Shown here in pieces: positions 39,898 through 53,227 of a stretch of DNA of 64,000 nt. Numbering within the stretch: the stretch's first letter is position 1; every line of letters starts with the position of its first letter. A program made the position numbers and the translations under genes. The notes below the pieces were generated by a model. That model was not told the DNA's origin, did not search any database, and saw only the letters and a program-made list of their open reading frames with translations. Origin of the DNA: Octopus sinensis (taxonomy: Eukaryota); assembly GCF_006345805.1 (NCBI RefSeq), contig NC_043008.1, positions 9,114,001 to 9,178,000 on the forward strand. Reading direction: 5' to 3'.

Positions 39898-40216
39898 ATA
39901 CAGTTCTATATTTGAGAGATGAAGAATTATGTACATTATTTACATTATTTATGTTTGATGGATATTTCTCCTCATCTTTTTTGTTGTTAACACAATGTTT
40001 CGGCTGATATACCCTCCAGGCGCATCAGGTGTCTTGGGGAAATTTCAAACCTGGGTTCTCATTCCTAAGGTATTTTTCGATGTTATTATTGTTGTTGTTG
40101 TTGTTGTTATTATTATTGTTAAATTCACTGCCTGGAATCGAACTTGGAATCTTGGGGTTAGTAGCCTGCACTCTTAACCACTATGCCAAGACACCTGATG
40201 AAGGCTGGAGGGTATA
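39898..40216 (-). mobile_element. tRNA-headed SINE-like element with hammerhead-bearing tail and inverted 5' fragment
   Basis: Minus strand: ggcatagtggttaag (A box)...gttcgattcc (B box)-(AAT/AAC)n-aaataccttaggaatgagaaccc...hammerhead motif...AT-rich tail. 40186-40216 is an inverted piece of the same hammerhead. Confidence 0.7.
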
Positions 40217-41944
40217 TATAATATATGGGCATTTACAAAGGCAGCAAGCTGGCAGAAATGTTAGCATGCTGGGTGAAATGCTTAGCTTTATATTCTGAGT
40301 TCAAATTCCGTTGAGGTCGTCTTTGCCTTTCATCCTTTTGGGATTGATAAATTAAGTACCAGTTGTGTACAGGGGTTGATCTAATTGACTAGCCCCATCC
40401 CCCAAAATTTCAGGCCTTGAGCCAAGAGTAGAAAAGAAATGTTAGCATGCCGGGCGAAATGGTTATCGGTTTTTCATCTGTCTATACGTTCTGAGTTCAA
40501 ATTCTATCAAGGTCGACTTTGCCTTTCATCCTTTCAGGGTAGATAAATTAAGGACCAGTTGACTAATCGACTGGCTCCAACCCTAAAAATTTTGGGCTTT
40601 CTGCTTAGAGTAGAATAGAATATATATGCATTCACACCTTTAATGCCTCTTCTCCCTACACACACACACACACATATTATTGTACAGGAGATCTATTGAG
40701 TCAAGTACACCCACTATGCACTCAGAGTGGTTGGTGTTAGGAAGGGCATCCAGCTGTAGAAACTTTGCCAAATCAAGATTGGAGCCTGGTGCAGCCATCT
40801 GGTTTGCCAGTCCTCAGTCAAATCATGCAACCCATGCTAGCATGGAATGCAGACATTAAACGATGATGATGATATACAATATATATGATATATATATATG
40901 TGATAGAGTCTCACATATGCAACAATTCAATAAGATAATTGAGATTTTCCAACCAATTAGTAGACAAAACTCCCACAGGTAGTGAATGAAATCTAAAACC
41001 AGGCAAGAGAGATAACTCAAAAATAAAAAAAATCGATTAAAATTTCATAAAACATAGAAAATATAGTATGGGAGTGTATCTAACCTTTAAGTCAACTAGT
41101 GGAAACATTAAGCAAGTTTTCCCCTCTTAAACCTCATCAGTGAAGTATTTTATAATACACTGGCAGGATTAAAAGGAATGTAATTATACAAAATATGAAT
41201 ATCATTGGTATGGGAGAAGGAAAAAACCCCAGGGGCGTATTCGACATTCTAAATACAAATACAATAATGTCTGAGATATATAGAACACAGTGAGTTGAAC
41301 AACTTCAATTAATGGAGATCATTTATGCAGTTAGTGTACAAAGATTGCCTCCAGGACTGATTAAAATCTAAAAGACAAGCAAAGGAGATAAAATCCAATA
41401 CAAACGAAGAACTCAGAAAGAAAGAAAAATAATGTTTAGAGAAATGGAAATGAATTTGGTCTCGTATTTTTATACTTGTACTTTCGCTTGTGTATGTGTA
41501 CGTGTATGTGTTTTGAGTATACACACACACACACACATATATATATGTACGCATACTTCTGCAAGTGGTCTCCATGTATTTCACCTTGCCACACTTGGAA
41601 TCTCGGGCCTGTGTTGCTTATCTCTGCCAGAATCCTCAATGTACCTGAGTGGTCTTTGGCCTCCACAGCAGAAGTGTAATGGCCAGTCTCCCCAAGTGAA
41701 GAGAGATTGGCCTGCAAGAGTCTTGTGCCAATGTCATGAAAAGGCACCCATACCGGTGCCACATTAAAGTGCACATGCAGTGCCACATTAAAAGCACATG
41801 GTACATATTGTAATGTGGTTGGCATTAGGAAGGGCATCCAGCTGTAGAAACCGAGGCAAATCAGACTGGAACCTGGTGCAGATCTCCAGTTTGCCAGCTC
41901 TGCTCAAACCATCCGACCCATCCCAGCTGGGAAAGCGGACGTTA

Positions 41945-42284
41945 AAGGATGACAACATCGACGACAACGATGATGATGATGATGATGGTGGTGATGATGA
42001 TGATGATGATGATGATGATATGATGATGATGACGATGATGATAATGATGGTGGTGGTGGTGGTGGTGGTGGTGGTGATGATGAGGATGATGACGATGATG
42101 ATGGATGATGATGATGGATGATGATGGATGATGGTGGTGGTGGTGATGATGATGATGATGATGACGATGATGATGATGATGACGATGATGATGATGATGA
42201 TGGTGGTGGTTGTGGTGGTGGTGATGATGATGATGATGATGGTGGTGGTTGTGGTGGTGGTGGTGATGATGATGATGATGACGA

Positions 42285-42318
<34 letters not shown>

Positions 42319-42326
42319 GGTGGTGG

Positions 42327-42359
<33 letters not shown>

Positions 42360-42360
42360 G
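41945..42360. repeat. (GAT/GGT)n trinucleotide expansion of a family B tail
   Basis: Follows gcggacgttaaa at the 3' end of family B. Confidence 0.9.
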
Positions 42361-43292
42361 GGTGCAAAAGTCTTCGGAATGTAACACCTAATGTGGCACT
42401 AGGGTGTTACATACATTCAAGCAGAGCTTGTACATTTCTGACATTTTCCCTGTACTAACAACCTTGCCCTTGCAATTTCTATGTGCGAGCACAAGATTGT
42501 CCATTTCCCTTGAAAAGGCTGAGGCCAAAGCTGTTCTGCCTCTCAACGCAAATGCAATGTATTTCTACATAAACATAAATATGTATTGCATACTTACAGA
42601 TATACATATGTACACACACACACAGACACACACACACAAGCATACATGTATGTAGTAAGTATGTTTGTTGGCACGAATACTCTTAGGAAGTTAATTGCAT
42701 GTGGAACGCCTTCAGGTAGCCTTTTCCTCACTTCATCTGGTTAGGTATGCTAGAGCTGGTTTCTTTTCTTTCTTTTTTTTCTCTCTCTTTTAATGCCATA
42801 TTTATCCATTCCAGGCAGTCTTTTATTCCATCCCTGCAACTGGTGATCACAGAGGGATTTCGTCTTTGTACCTGTTTGGAGATTTAGTTCCCGGAAACAG
42901 AAAGTTATATAACAGATTTGCTGCAAGGTGCAAGCAAGCACATTTCTTTTATATCCCTAGAAATGCGTGTGCTTATTACCAAGTATGCAAACACCCCCCC
43001 ACACACACACACACGCATACATATATTAGAGTAGGTCGATTTTGGAACGGTAATCTTGGACTGGTCTACATAGAAAAGTATTAATGTACAGAAAATGTGG
43101 CATCAACTCATATTTATGAAAACGATTTTATGTTTTCAGGATTCTCAGTTGGTTTGTAAAATTGTATAATTTTACACATAAAAAGCCAACCATTGGACCT
43201 AATTTAATCAAAATAGCCAATTAAAATTTGTCGTTTTCAACAAAACAATGCTTGGAACTTGTTTAAATGCTTTATAGATGTTTATTGATGTA

Positions 43293-43560
43293 GTGGGTTG
43301 TCGGGAAAGTTCGTGCCGATTTATAGTAGCTTACCTTTCGACTTATTTTTAGAACATGGTTGAGTTCATAAAATAGGATTTGACTATACCTCCATTTAGA
43401 GCACAGTTTAAGCTATCTTTCCGTGGAAGAAGGCTTATGTTCCTATAACCTGTGTTAATTCTGTAACCCTTTAAAATGGAAGATAAGTAAGTTCATTTTC
43501 GGCACTTGATGCTCTGGGAACCAGACAAAAATTGCTGCAGCTCAGCTGGGATGTGTTGAA
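43293..43560 (+). mobile_element. Mariner-derived non-autonomous fragment
   Basis: TIR-like gggttgtcgggaaagttcgtgccgattt, plus residual TRQKLLQLSWDVL. Confidence 0.5.
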
Positions 43561-44343
43561 AGGGCAGTGAAGCTGACATCTAAAGTTTCCCATACTGTTC
43601 ATGGACTTGAATCAAGGTACAAATACATTTTGGCCAAAGCCCTAAGCTGTCATATGAGACTTACTTTTGCTTCTAAGGGCTCTTACAGTAAAAATTATTA
43701 TGATTTTGGTATCTAAATTTGTCTTATTCAGACTCTATAGAATTTGTGCATTTTTGTGAATTTTCCAAATAACAATAACAATTTCTTTCAAATGAAAGTG
43801 GTGAAAATGTGGTGTTTTTTAGTTACAGTATTTGAAGGTTTTGAAACAGGTTCCTCAAAAAAATGGTTAAAGCTAGGGAGATGGATTTTTTTGTCAGTTA
43901 TTATCATATTAAGCCCTCACTGTCTCAATTAGTCCAAAGTCATTAACTACAAAAGAGTGGAAAATTAACATGCCCTAACATACATCATACATATATATAT
44001 ATATATTATATGTAGAAAAATACAAACTGGGACAAGAACGTAAAACATTTAGATGATACAAAAAACACGGACGGGACATTCGAAGCCTTCAATCTTCAGT
44101 CAAAAACCGGATCATCCTAGCAATTTCGGCTGATTAATCTTAATCGCTCCGATCCAGCCAGCCCCAAGGAAAAACTAAGCTACGAGCATTAGATTTCTTG
44201 GAAGAAGGATCGAATGTATACGAAACAGGGACAGAAAAACGGATGATGCCACATGAATATAAAATACAAAAAACAATAATGGTAAAAACAGGACAAAAAC
44301 AGCGGGTGTCTTACGACTAATAAACAGTACAAGTTTAGCTGGC

Positions 44344-44382
<39 letters not shown>

Positions 44383-44769
44383 TATATGCAAGTGTTTGTG
44401 TTTGGTGAATGTGTGAGAGAGCCAATGTGTGTGTGTGTGTGTGTTAATTTATGTCGAGATGAACAAGTACTACATTCCCAAGATGCAATGTTTTTAGTTG
44501 GGTGGGTGCTGCACATCAGCAGGTTTCAGCATAATACCCCTTAAACCTGCTGACATGTTCTGTCAGCCTACAGAACAAAGCTGCAGCTCAACGACCTAAT
44601 CCCCTTTTCATCTCACTTAAATTAACATCTATAAAAACCCTACATGTTTCCTGCATGAAACAATCTTGAGCAATGTTTTTTTGTTGTTGCTGCTGTTGTT
44701 GTTGTTGTGCAACAACATAAATGAAAAGTATATTTACATCAACATCATCATCAGCAGCAGGAGCATTGT

Positions 44770-45145
44770 AGGCGCAATGGCGCAGTGGTTAGGGCAGCGG
44801 ACTCATGGTTGGAGGATTGCGGTTTCGATTCCCAGGCCGGGTGTTGTGTGTGTTTATTGAGCGAAAACACCTAAAAGCTCCACGAGGCTCCAGCAGGGGA
44901 TGGTGGCGACCCCTGTTGTACTCTTTCGCCCCAACTTTCTCTCACTCTTTCTTCCTGTTTCTTGTCCCCGACTTCCTACGCAACCGCTGAGCCTGGATGC
45001 GCATTCATCCATCCATCGATGCTCTCGGTGTCGGGGGTTGACCTGCTTTCTCTTCTGCGGGTCTTACGAATAACAAAAGGACCAAGTTTCGGACTTCTCC
45101 CACTACACTCTGGGACAAAGACCGCTTCGCTCAACAAACAAACAA
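44770..45145 (+). mobile_element. SINE with a family-D-like head and a different tail
   Basis: tggcgcagtggttag...gtttcgattccc head; the tail is also seen reversed at 13640-13725; ends (ACAA)n. Confidence 0.65.
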
Positions 45146-45716
45146 GCAGCAGGAGCAACAGCATCATTTAACGTCAGCTTATGATGCTGGCATGCAATGC
45201 GATGGGTTGGATAGTACAACAGGGTTATGGCAAGCTGGAAGTCCAGATCATGCTCCAAAGTCTGCTTTGATATGGTTTCTAAGTCCTGATGCCCTTCCTA
45301 GAACCAACCACTTTATAGACATTAGTGGCTGCTTTCTTGTAACAGCAGCAGTGGTAGGGGTCACCCTGCAACATGTAAGATTAAAGAGCCTATAAAGGAG
45401 CCCTTATAAATGAAAGAGAATGAGAGAGGGAGAGAGAGGATGGGTATGGATGTAAGATGTTGGAGGAGACGAACCTGAGAGAGAGAGAGAATGAGAGAGA
45501 AAACAGATAAGGGTAGAGAGGTTTCAGGGTGAGAGTTACGGTGATGCGTGGGAGTCCTGGCTGATATCACAGAAAGATGAGGTGTTGAAGTGGCAGAGAA
45601 GCTGCGGAAGGAGGAGGTGAAAGTAGTCATTGAGAAGGGGGTGAGGGATGGATGGGTGAGGAGGGGGAACAAGGAAGGGGATGTCACAAGATGTGAGAAG
45701 AGAGATATGAAAGACA

Positions 45717-46127
45717 GAGTGATGATGGAAGAGTGATATGAATGACAGAGTGATGATGGAAGAGTGATATGAATGACGGAGTGATGATGGAAGAGTGATA
45801 TGAATGACGGAGTGATGATGGAAGAGTGATATGAATGATGGAGTGATGATGGAAGAGTGATATGAATGATGGAGTGATGATGGAAGAGTGATATGAACAA
45901 CAGAGTGATGATGGAAGAGTGATATGAATGATGGAGTGATGATGGAAGAGAGATATGAATGATGGAGTGATGATGGAAGAGTGATATGAATGATGGAGTG
46001 ATGATGGAAGAGTGATATGAATGACAGAGTGATGATGGAAGAGTGATATGAATGATGGAGTGATGATGGAAGAGTGATATGAATGATGGAGTGATGATGG
46101 AAGAGTGATATGAACGACAGAGTGATG
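45717..46127. repeat. 31-bp minisatellite (gagtgatgatggaagagtgatatgaatgatg), about 13 units
   Basis: Unit starts at 45841 and 45872 give a period of 31; purine-rich flanks. Confidence 0.9.
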
Positions 46128-47154
46128 ACTGAAGTAAGAAGAGAGTGAGGAGGGAAGGGATGTTAATGAGAAACGGTGCTAATTGGAAGACTGGAATGAG
46201 CAGGGAGACGGGTGGAGGAAGGAAGGTGGGTAGAGGTAGAGTGGCAGTGAGAGCAATAAAGTCTCTCATACATAGTCTTGGTAAAGGAGGAGGAGGGTGA
46301 GGAGGGTCACTTGACTGGCTAGTATAAAACCGGTCACAGACAGCCTCCAGCCTCTGGCCCACAGATATGCTGTCTCCTCTCTCAGCCGTTTCTATTGTTA
46401 GACACCCATTTCTTTACAATTATTACACCTCAGTTGAAGAGGGTCTTGCTTTGCAAATTACATGGTTACCTCACTGGTGATGGTGCCACATAAAAAGCAC
46501 CCGGTACACTCTATAAAGTGGTTGGCATTAGAAAGAGCATCCAGTCATAGAAACCATGCCAAAACAGACATTGGAACTAGGTGCAGTCCTCTTGCTTGTC
46601 AGCTCCTGTTGAACCATTCAACTAAGCTAGCATAGAAAAAAAAAGATTTGATGATGATGATGATGATGATGATGATATGGTTTGTAAACACTGACAGATA
46701 ATTCAATTACCACCACATAGTTAATCCTCATATCATGTGCGTGTGTGTGTATAGGAAAAACGAAAGTTGAAAATGCCCTGAGGATAGTTAAAATATTTTT
46801 TATTAATATATTTAAAGCTTCAACCGGTTTCACAGTTTACACTGATTTTCAAAAAGTTCAAATAGAAAGACGTGGCTTATGTCTCAGCAGTCTTGCTTCT
46901 GACTAATGTTTGAAGCTTACCCTGTTTTTATAGGTGGGGGTCATGGCTGAAATTAGTGTATGTCTTGAATAGGATTTGATTGGTAGAGGATAGTCACATG
47001 GCTGGCCTAAGAAAGTTTTGTAGATTCCCCTGCTACGCCCGTGCATCAGTATCATGTGACAGTATATTTTGTGCCTAAAAAGAAGGCTGATACGGTTGAG
47101 TGAACATGTTTAGTTATATATATATAGAGACAAACAGACAGACAGAGACAATAA

Positions 47155-47219
<65 letters not shown>

Positions 47220-48238
47220 ACATACATACAGATATACATTGGGCCTCACGGAGGCAATGACAAGTGACCAAGGTCTTTGGTGATATGCCGTGCCTGAGAA
47301 CACTCATCAAGCCAAGTGAAATCAGATGCCGGTATCACGTGACTGGCAACCATGCTAGTGGCACATAAAAACACTTGTGCCGGTGGCACATAAGCATCCA
47401 TTACACTCTGGGAGTGGTTGGTATTATGAAGGGCATCCAGCTATAGAAACTATGTCACATCAGACTGGGACCAGGCGCAGCTCTTCAGCTTTCTAGTTCC
47501 AGTCAAACCCTCTAACCCATGCCAGCATGGAAGGCAGACATGAAAAGATGATGATGATGATGAAATAACCTATCATCATCATCATCGTCATCATCGTTTA
47601 ACGTCCGTTTTCCATGCTAGCATGGGTTGGATGGTTCGACCGGGGTCTAGGACGCCAGGAGGCTGTAGCAGGCTCCAGTCTGATCAGGCAAGGTTTCTAC
47701 AGCTGGATGCCGTTCCTAATGCCAACCACTCCGTGAGTGTAGGGGGTGTCTTTTACATGCCACCGGCACAGGTGCCAGGAGAGGCTGGCAACAGCCACAA
47801 TCAGTTGGTGCTTTTTACATGCCACAGGCACGGAAACCAGTCAAAGAGGCGCAGGCATCGGCCACGTTCGGATGATATTTGTATAAAAATACCACTAGAG
47901 AGGGACTGTTTAAGGGTTAGATAATATAACAGATTAAAGGAAATTGAAGTCAAATGGTCCAATCTAGATTTGAAACTGTACTGTAGGTTCAGAAAACCAG
48001 GAACATACCTTCAATGACAGCAGTCATAAAGTATTATATGTGTGTGAGCATGAGGGGGAGAGAAAGAAAATACGTGTGTGTGTCTGTGTGTATATGACTA
48101 TATATATATATATATATATATATGCATGTGAATATATATGGGTATGTGTGAGTGTCTGTGTGAATGTGTGTAAGTACGCATATGCTCACACACAAACTCT
48201 CGCTTATACACCAAACACACAGGCATGCATATCACACG

Positions 48239-48269
<31 letters not shown>

Positions 48270-48898
48270 GTACGCACACACTGTGCATCAGGTGCTGTAA
48301 AATAACATTTGAGTAGATCCACATCCAAAAGATAAAGTAAGACGAATAATAGAAAAATAAAGGATTATAAAATTAATTCAAAAAAATCACAAAGAAACAG
48401 TAAGACTGGCAAAATAAGTAAAATAAATACGATTTATTAACGAGATTAACTATACAAAGATTTCCTATTGTTACAATATTACATTGTAAAAAGAAATATG
48501 TATGTATATGTACATTTATGTAGGTACACAAAGTATGTATGTATAGTTGAGTATACACATGCGCATGAATATACACACACACACACAAATATATATACAC
48601 ACATATACACACACACAGAGGCATACACAAAGATATATATATATAGGAACAGAAGTGGTTGTGTGATAAGTAGCTTGCGTACAACCACATGGTTCCAGGT
48701 TCAGTCCTACTGCATGGCACCTTAGGCAAATGTCTTCTACTATAGCCTCGGGCTGACCAAAGCCTTCTGAGTGGATTTGGTACACAGAAATTGAAAGAAG
48801 CCTGTCATATATATATATACTTTATTTAAAAGCAGTAGAAATATAACAAAAGCTGTTACTCAGAGTTTCACATCCCCGTTCGTCAGACAGTTTTGTTA

Positions 48899-48935
<37 letters not shown>

Positions 48936-49710
48936 ATATACACCATATATACATGTATGTATGTATGTAAGTATGTATGCATGCATGTATGTATATGTTT
49001 GTGTGTCTATGTTTTCTCTCCCACCATCGCTTGACAACCGATGCTGGTGTATTTATGTCCCCGTAACGTAACAGTTTGACAAAAGAGACCGATAGAATAG
49101 TAAGTACTAGGCTTACAAGGAATAAGTCCTGGAGTCAATTTGTCTGACTAAAGGCAGTGCTCCAGCATAGCCACAGTCAAATGACTGAAACAAATAAAAG
49201 AGTATATATACATATATATATGTATGTGTGTGTGTATGTGACTTCACCTAATGGAGTGGTTGGCGTTAGGAAGGGCATCCAGCTGTAGAAACACTGCCAG
49301 ATCAGACTGGAGCCTGGTGCAGCCTCCTGGCTTCCCAGACCTCGAGTGAACCGTCCAACTTATGCCAACATGGAAAGCAGACGTTTAAACAATGATGATG
49401 AGGGCATATTTTAGGTATCATCATCATCAGCAGCATCGTCTTTTAAAATATGTCTCCCATGCTGGTGTGGCTCAGACAGTTTGAGAGGGTATGATAGGTC
49501 AGAAGACTACATCAAGCTCCAGTGTCTGCTTTGACATAGTTTGTATGGCTGGCTGCTCTACCAAATGTCACTTTATCATGGCACCAGCACTTGTGAGGTT
49601 GCCATGTTTTTAGTTCAGTCTTACCATGCAACAAATGCAGAAAAGATTTCTTGTATCATCTCAGGTCAATTAATTTATTGTCAATGAATGGGGTAGATGA
49701 AAGCTGCATT

Positions 49711-49769
49711 TTGTGTGTGTGTGTTTGTGTGTGTATGTGTGTGTGTGCATGTGTATGTGTGCAAGTGTG

Positions 49770-49801
<32 letters not shown>

Positions 49802-49857
49802 GTATGTGTTCGTGTGCAAGTGTGGTGTGTGTGTGTGTGTGTACGTGTGCAAGTGTG

Positions 49858-49891
<34 letters not shown>

Positions 49892-49914
49892 GTATGTGTT
49901 CGTGTGCAAGTGTG

Positions 49915-49945
<31 letters not shown>

Positions 49946-50018
49946 TGTGCAAGTGTGGTGTGTGTGTTTGTGTGTGTGTGTATGTTTCGTTTGCAAGTGT
50001 GTGTGTGTGTGTAGGTGT

Positions 50019-50050
<32 letters not shown>

Positions 50051-50159
50051 TGTGCAAGTGTGGTGTGTTTTGTGTGTGTGTGTGTGTATGTGTTCGTGTG
50101 CAAGTGTGGTGTGTGTGTGTGTGTGTTGTGTACGTGTGCAAGTGTGGTGTGTGTGTGTT

Positions 50160-50194
<35 letters not shown>

Positions 50195-50386
50195 ATGTGT
50201 TCGTGTGCAAGTGTGGTGTGTGTGTGTGTGTGTGTGTTTGTACGTGTGCAAGTGTGGTGTGTTTTGTGTGTGTGTGTGTGTGTATGTGTTCGTGTGCAAG
50301 TGTGGTTGTGTGTGTGTGTGTGTGTGTGTGTGTACGTGTGCAAGTGTGGTGTTGTGTTTGTGTGTGTGTGTGTGTATGTGTTCGTG

Positions 50387-50417
<31 letters not shown>

Positions 50418-50510
50418 ACGTGTGGTGTGTGTGTGTGTGTGTTTGTGGTGTGTGTTCATGTGTTCGTGTGCAAGTGTGGTGTGTGTGTGGGTGTGTCGTG
50501 TGCAAGTGTG

Positions 50511-50542
<32 letters not shown>

Positions 50543-50669
50543 ATGTGTTCGTGTGCAAGTGTGGTGTGTGTGTGTGTGTACGTGTGTGTGTGTGTGTGTG
50601 TTTGTGTGTGTGTGTTGTGTATGTTTCGTGTGCAAGTGTGGTGTGTGTGTGTGTACGTGTGCAAGTGTG

Positions 50670-50701
<32 letters not shown>

Positions 50702-50795
50702 ATGTGTTCGTGTGCAAGTGTGGTGTGTGTGTGTTTGTGTGTGTTTGTGTGTATATGTGTTCGTGTGCAAGTGTGGTGTGTGTGTGTGTGTGTGC
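49711..50795. repeat. (GT)n-based higher-order repeat punctuated by cgtgtgcaagtgtgg
   Basis: Alternating gtacgtgtgcaag and gttcgtgtgcaag anchors separated by variable GT runs. Confidence 0.9.
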
Positions 50796-51050
50796 ATGCG
50801 TATGTTGTGCATGTGTGTCTGCAAATGTGAAAAGAATGTTGATATTTTCGTTCTCACAATTTGAGCAAGGTGGTGCTGATGTTGACATAATGGCTAGTTG
50901 GTTGCTACTTTTGAAGAACTGTCGTATATAAAAATCCATTACCTGACAGACAGGTGAAGATCCAGAATATCTTTCCTACCGCAAAATCAATTCCCATCAA
51001 AGCCATACAAGCATCGAGAAATGGACATTAAACAAACCAATGAACGAGTA

Positions 51051-51089
<39 letters not shown>

Positions 51090-51116
51090 ATATATACATA
51101 TATATATATATGTATG

Positions 51117-51149
<33 letters not shown>

Positions 51150-51167
51150 ATATATGTAGTATGTATG

Positions 51168-51218
<51 letters not shown>

Positions 51219-51246
51219 GTATATATGTATGTATATATGTATATAA

Positions 51247-51283
<37 letters not shown>

Positions 51284-51330
51284 TATATATGCATATATAT
51301 GTATATATATATATATATATATGCATATGC

Positions 51331-51363
<33 letters not shown>

Positions 51364-51955
51364 ATATATATATGTATATTTTATATATATATACATACAT
51401 ACACCCACATATATACATACATATGTATATATGTATGCAGTTTAAATGTATGCATATAAACATGTATATGCGCATATATACATGCATGCATCGGATGGAT
51501 AAGCACTATATAAGCCGTATATACGATGTGTGTGTGTGTGTGTGTGTGTGTAATGCTTATTATTGGACATGTGCATCTCCCATATAATGGGACTCCAAAG
51601 CGAGTGCATTGAACTATTATTGCTGAATGCTGAATGTGTCAAGTTGTCTTCCCTTTGCTTTGCTCTGGATAATTAAGTGTTCAGAGTCCACCACACAGCA
51701 GAACATGAGTGGACTCTAATTAAATCTCTTCACACTTGTGTCCCGATATAAATAAAGTGGAAGCATTGTGATGTCTCACATCGCTTGTTCATTCTAACCC
51801 TTGCTTTACATTTACAAATTCTCAGCCATCCCTCTCTCTTGTAATTGTTGATTTGTCATTGTCGTTTAACATCTGTTTTCCATGCTGGCATGGGTTGGAC
51901 AGCCTGAAAGGATCCATCAAGCCACAAGAGAGAGAGAGAGAGAGTGTAATAGAAG

Positions 51956-52290
51956 GTTAGTTAAGTTAAGTTAAGTTAATTATTTGGCTCAAAAAGCAAA
52001 AAGCAAGGCCATGCAGGGGGACATTGAGTTATGTACAGGGTATGTTCATGCAAAGAGTTCAGGCCATTTCTGGTCAAGGGAGACTTTGAACCGAGCGGTC
52101 ATCGGCATCTTCACTATCTCGTCCGGCAGCTTATTCCACTGATCCGCAACCCGGACGGAGAAAGCCCCTCTCCTTCGATTGAGATGAAATCGTCGCAGAT
52201 AGAGCTTTTCGGAGTGACCCCGCAGCCGACGCTCTGGAGCAGGAGTGAAGAACAGCTCTTTCGAGATGCATATAGGGGTGACCAGAGTGA
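51956..52290 (-). mobile_element. CR1-like LINE 3' end with (TTAAC)n tail
   Basis: RRLRGHSEKL...RRGAFSVRVADQWNKLPDEIV...FKVSLD; short tandem tail at about 51956-51980. Confidence 0.8.
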
Positions 52291-52663
52291 GTGATGAACA
52301 AGGGTGGAGATGCAGCTGATGGGAAATACCAGTACGGAAACCGGGTAAGGCAAAAGAGATAGAAGTGACCCTGGAAGGAAGACAGATCCTGCAAGGTGCA
52401 GGAGATGCAGGGAGGGAGATGTAGAGATGTATAGTTGGTGGGATGTGATTGCAGATAACCCTGCTGCTAATTCGCAATAATATTTTATTATAGGTTCAGG
52501 CGTGGGTGTGAGGTAAGTAGCTTGCTTACCAACCATATGGTTCTGGGTTCAGTCCCACAGCATGGCACCTTGGGCAAGTGTCTTCTACTATAGTCTCAGG
52601 CCAACCAAAACCTTGTGGGTGGATTTGGTAGACAGACACTGAAAGAAGCCCATCATGTGTGTG

Positions 52664-52709
<46 letters not shown>

Positions 52710-52975
52710 TATGTTTATTTGTCCCCCAAACATCGCTTGACAACCAATGCTGGTGTATTTACATCTCCGTAACTTTGCATTTCAGCAAAAGAGACCAATA
52801 GAATAAGTACTTGGTTTACAAAGAATAAGTCCTGGGATCGATTTGCTTGACTAAAGGTGGTGCTCCAGCATGGCCACAGTCAAATGACTGGAACAAAAGA
52901 ATATCCTTTCTTCACATTTTTGCTAATCCACTCATGTAAGCTTTGTCTCGTATCCCACGTCAGATTTATAGAAAT

Positions 52976-53227
52976 ATGAGGCTGAAGAAAAAGTTCATGC
53001 ACCGTTTTAAAATAACGCTTTTTTCATATATTTTTGTGGTGTGTGTGTGTTCATTCAGTTCATGTCAAGTTCAATGGAGATCCACTTTTGAAAAGTTCCC
53101 AAGACTTGTTCATCGAAAACATGCTTTGTTTCAACAAAACAATGCAAAGCCACATACCACCAGAAAGACCAGCAACAAGATTGAAGAATTGGACAGTGTG
53201 GAAGTTCTGCTGCACCCAGCCTATAGT
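52976..53227 (+). pseudogene. Internally deleted mariner element
   Basis: LFQQNNAKPHTTRKTSNKIEELDSVEVLLHPAYS corresponds to HDNARPH...LPHPAYSPDL; TIR-like start; truncated by a (GAT)n-family insertion. Confidence 0.75.

Noticed and set aside
40125-40187. tRNA gene candidates (also other A/B-box segments)
   Set aside because: They are heads of multi-copy SINEs with no complete cloverleaf evident and are contiguous with SINE bodies.
41788-42391. Poly-His/Asp/Met ORFs
   Set aside because: Trinucleotide expansion of a retroposon tail.
45361-46362. 333-aa minus-strand ORF
   Set aside because: It runs through a 31-bp minisatellite (period not a multiple of 3) on a G-poor strand lacking stops; no protein homology recognised.
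49651-50939. Long ORFs (up to 427 aa) of CV/HT repeats
   Set aside because: They are translations of (GT)n; stop-free by composition, not genes.
50943-50975. Potential 33-nt in-frame microexon (tag|[11 protein letters not shown]|gtaatg) in the NPHP4 intron
   Set aside because: Weak polypyrimidine tract and no homology support; plausible by chance in 20 kb without RNA evidence.
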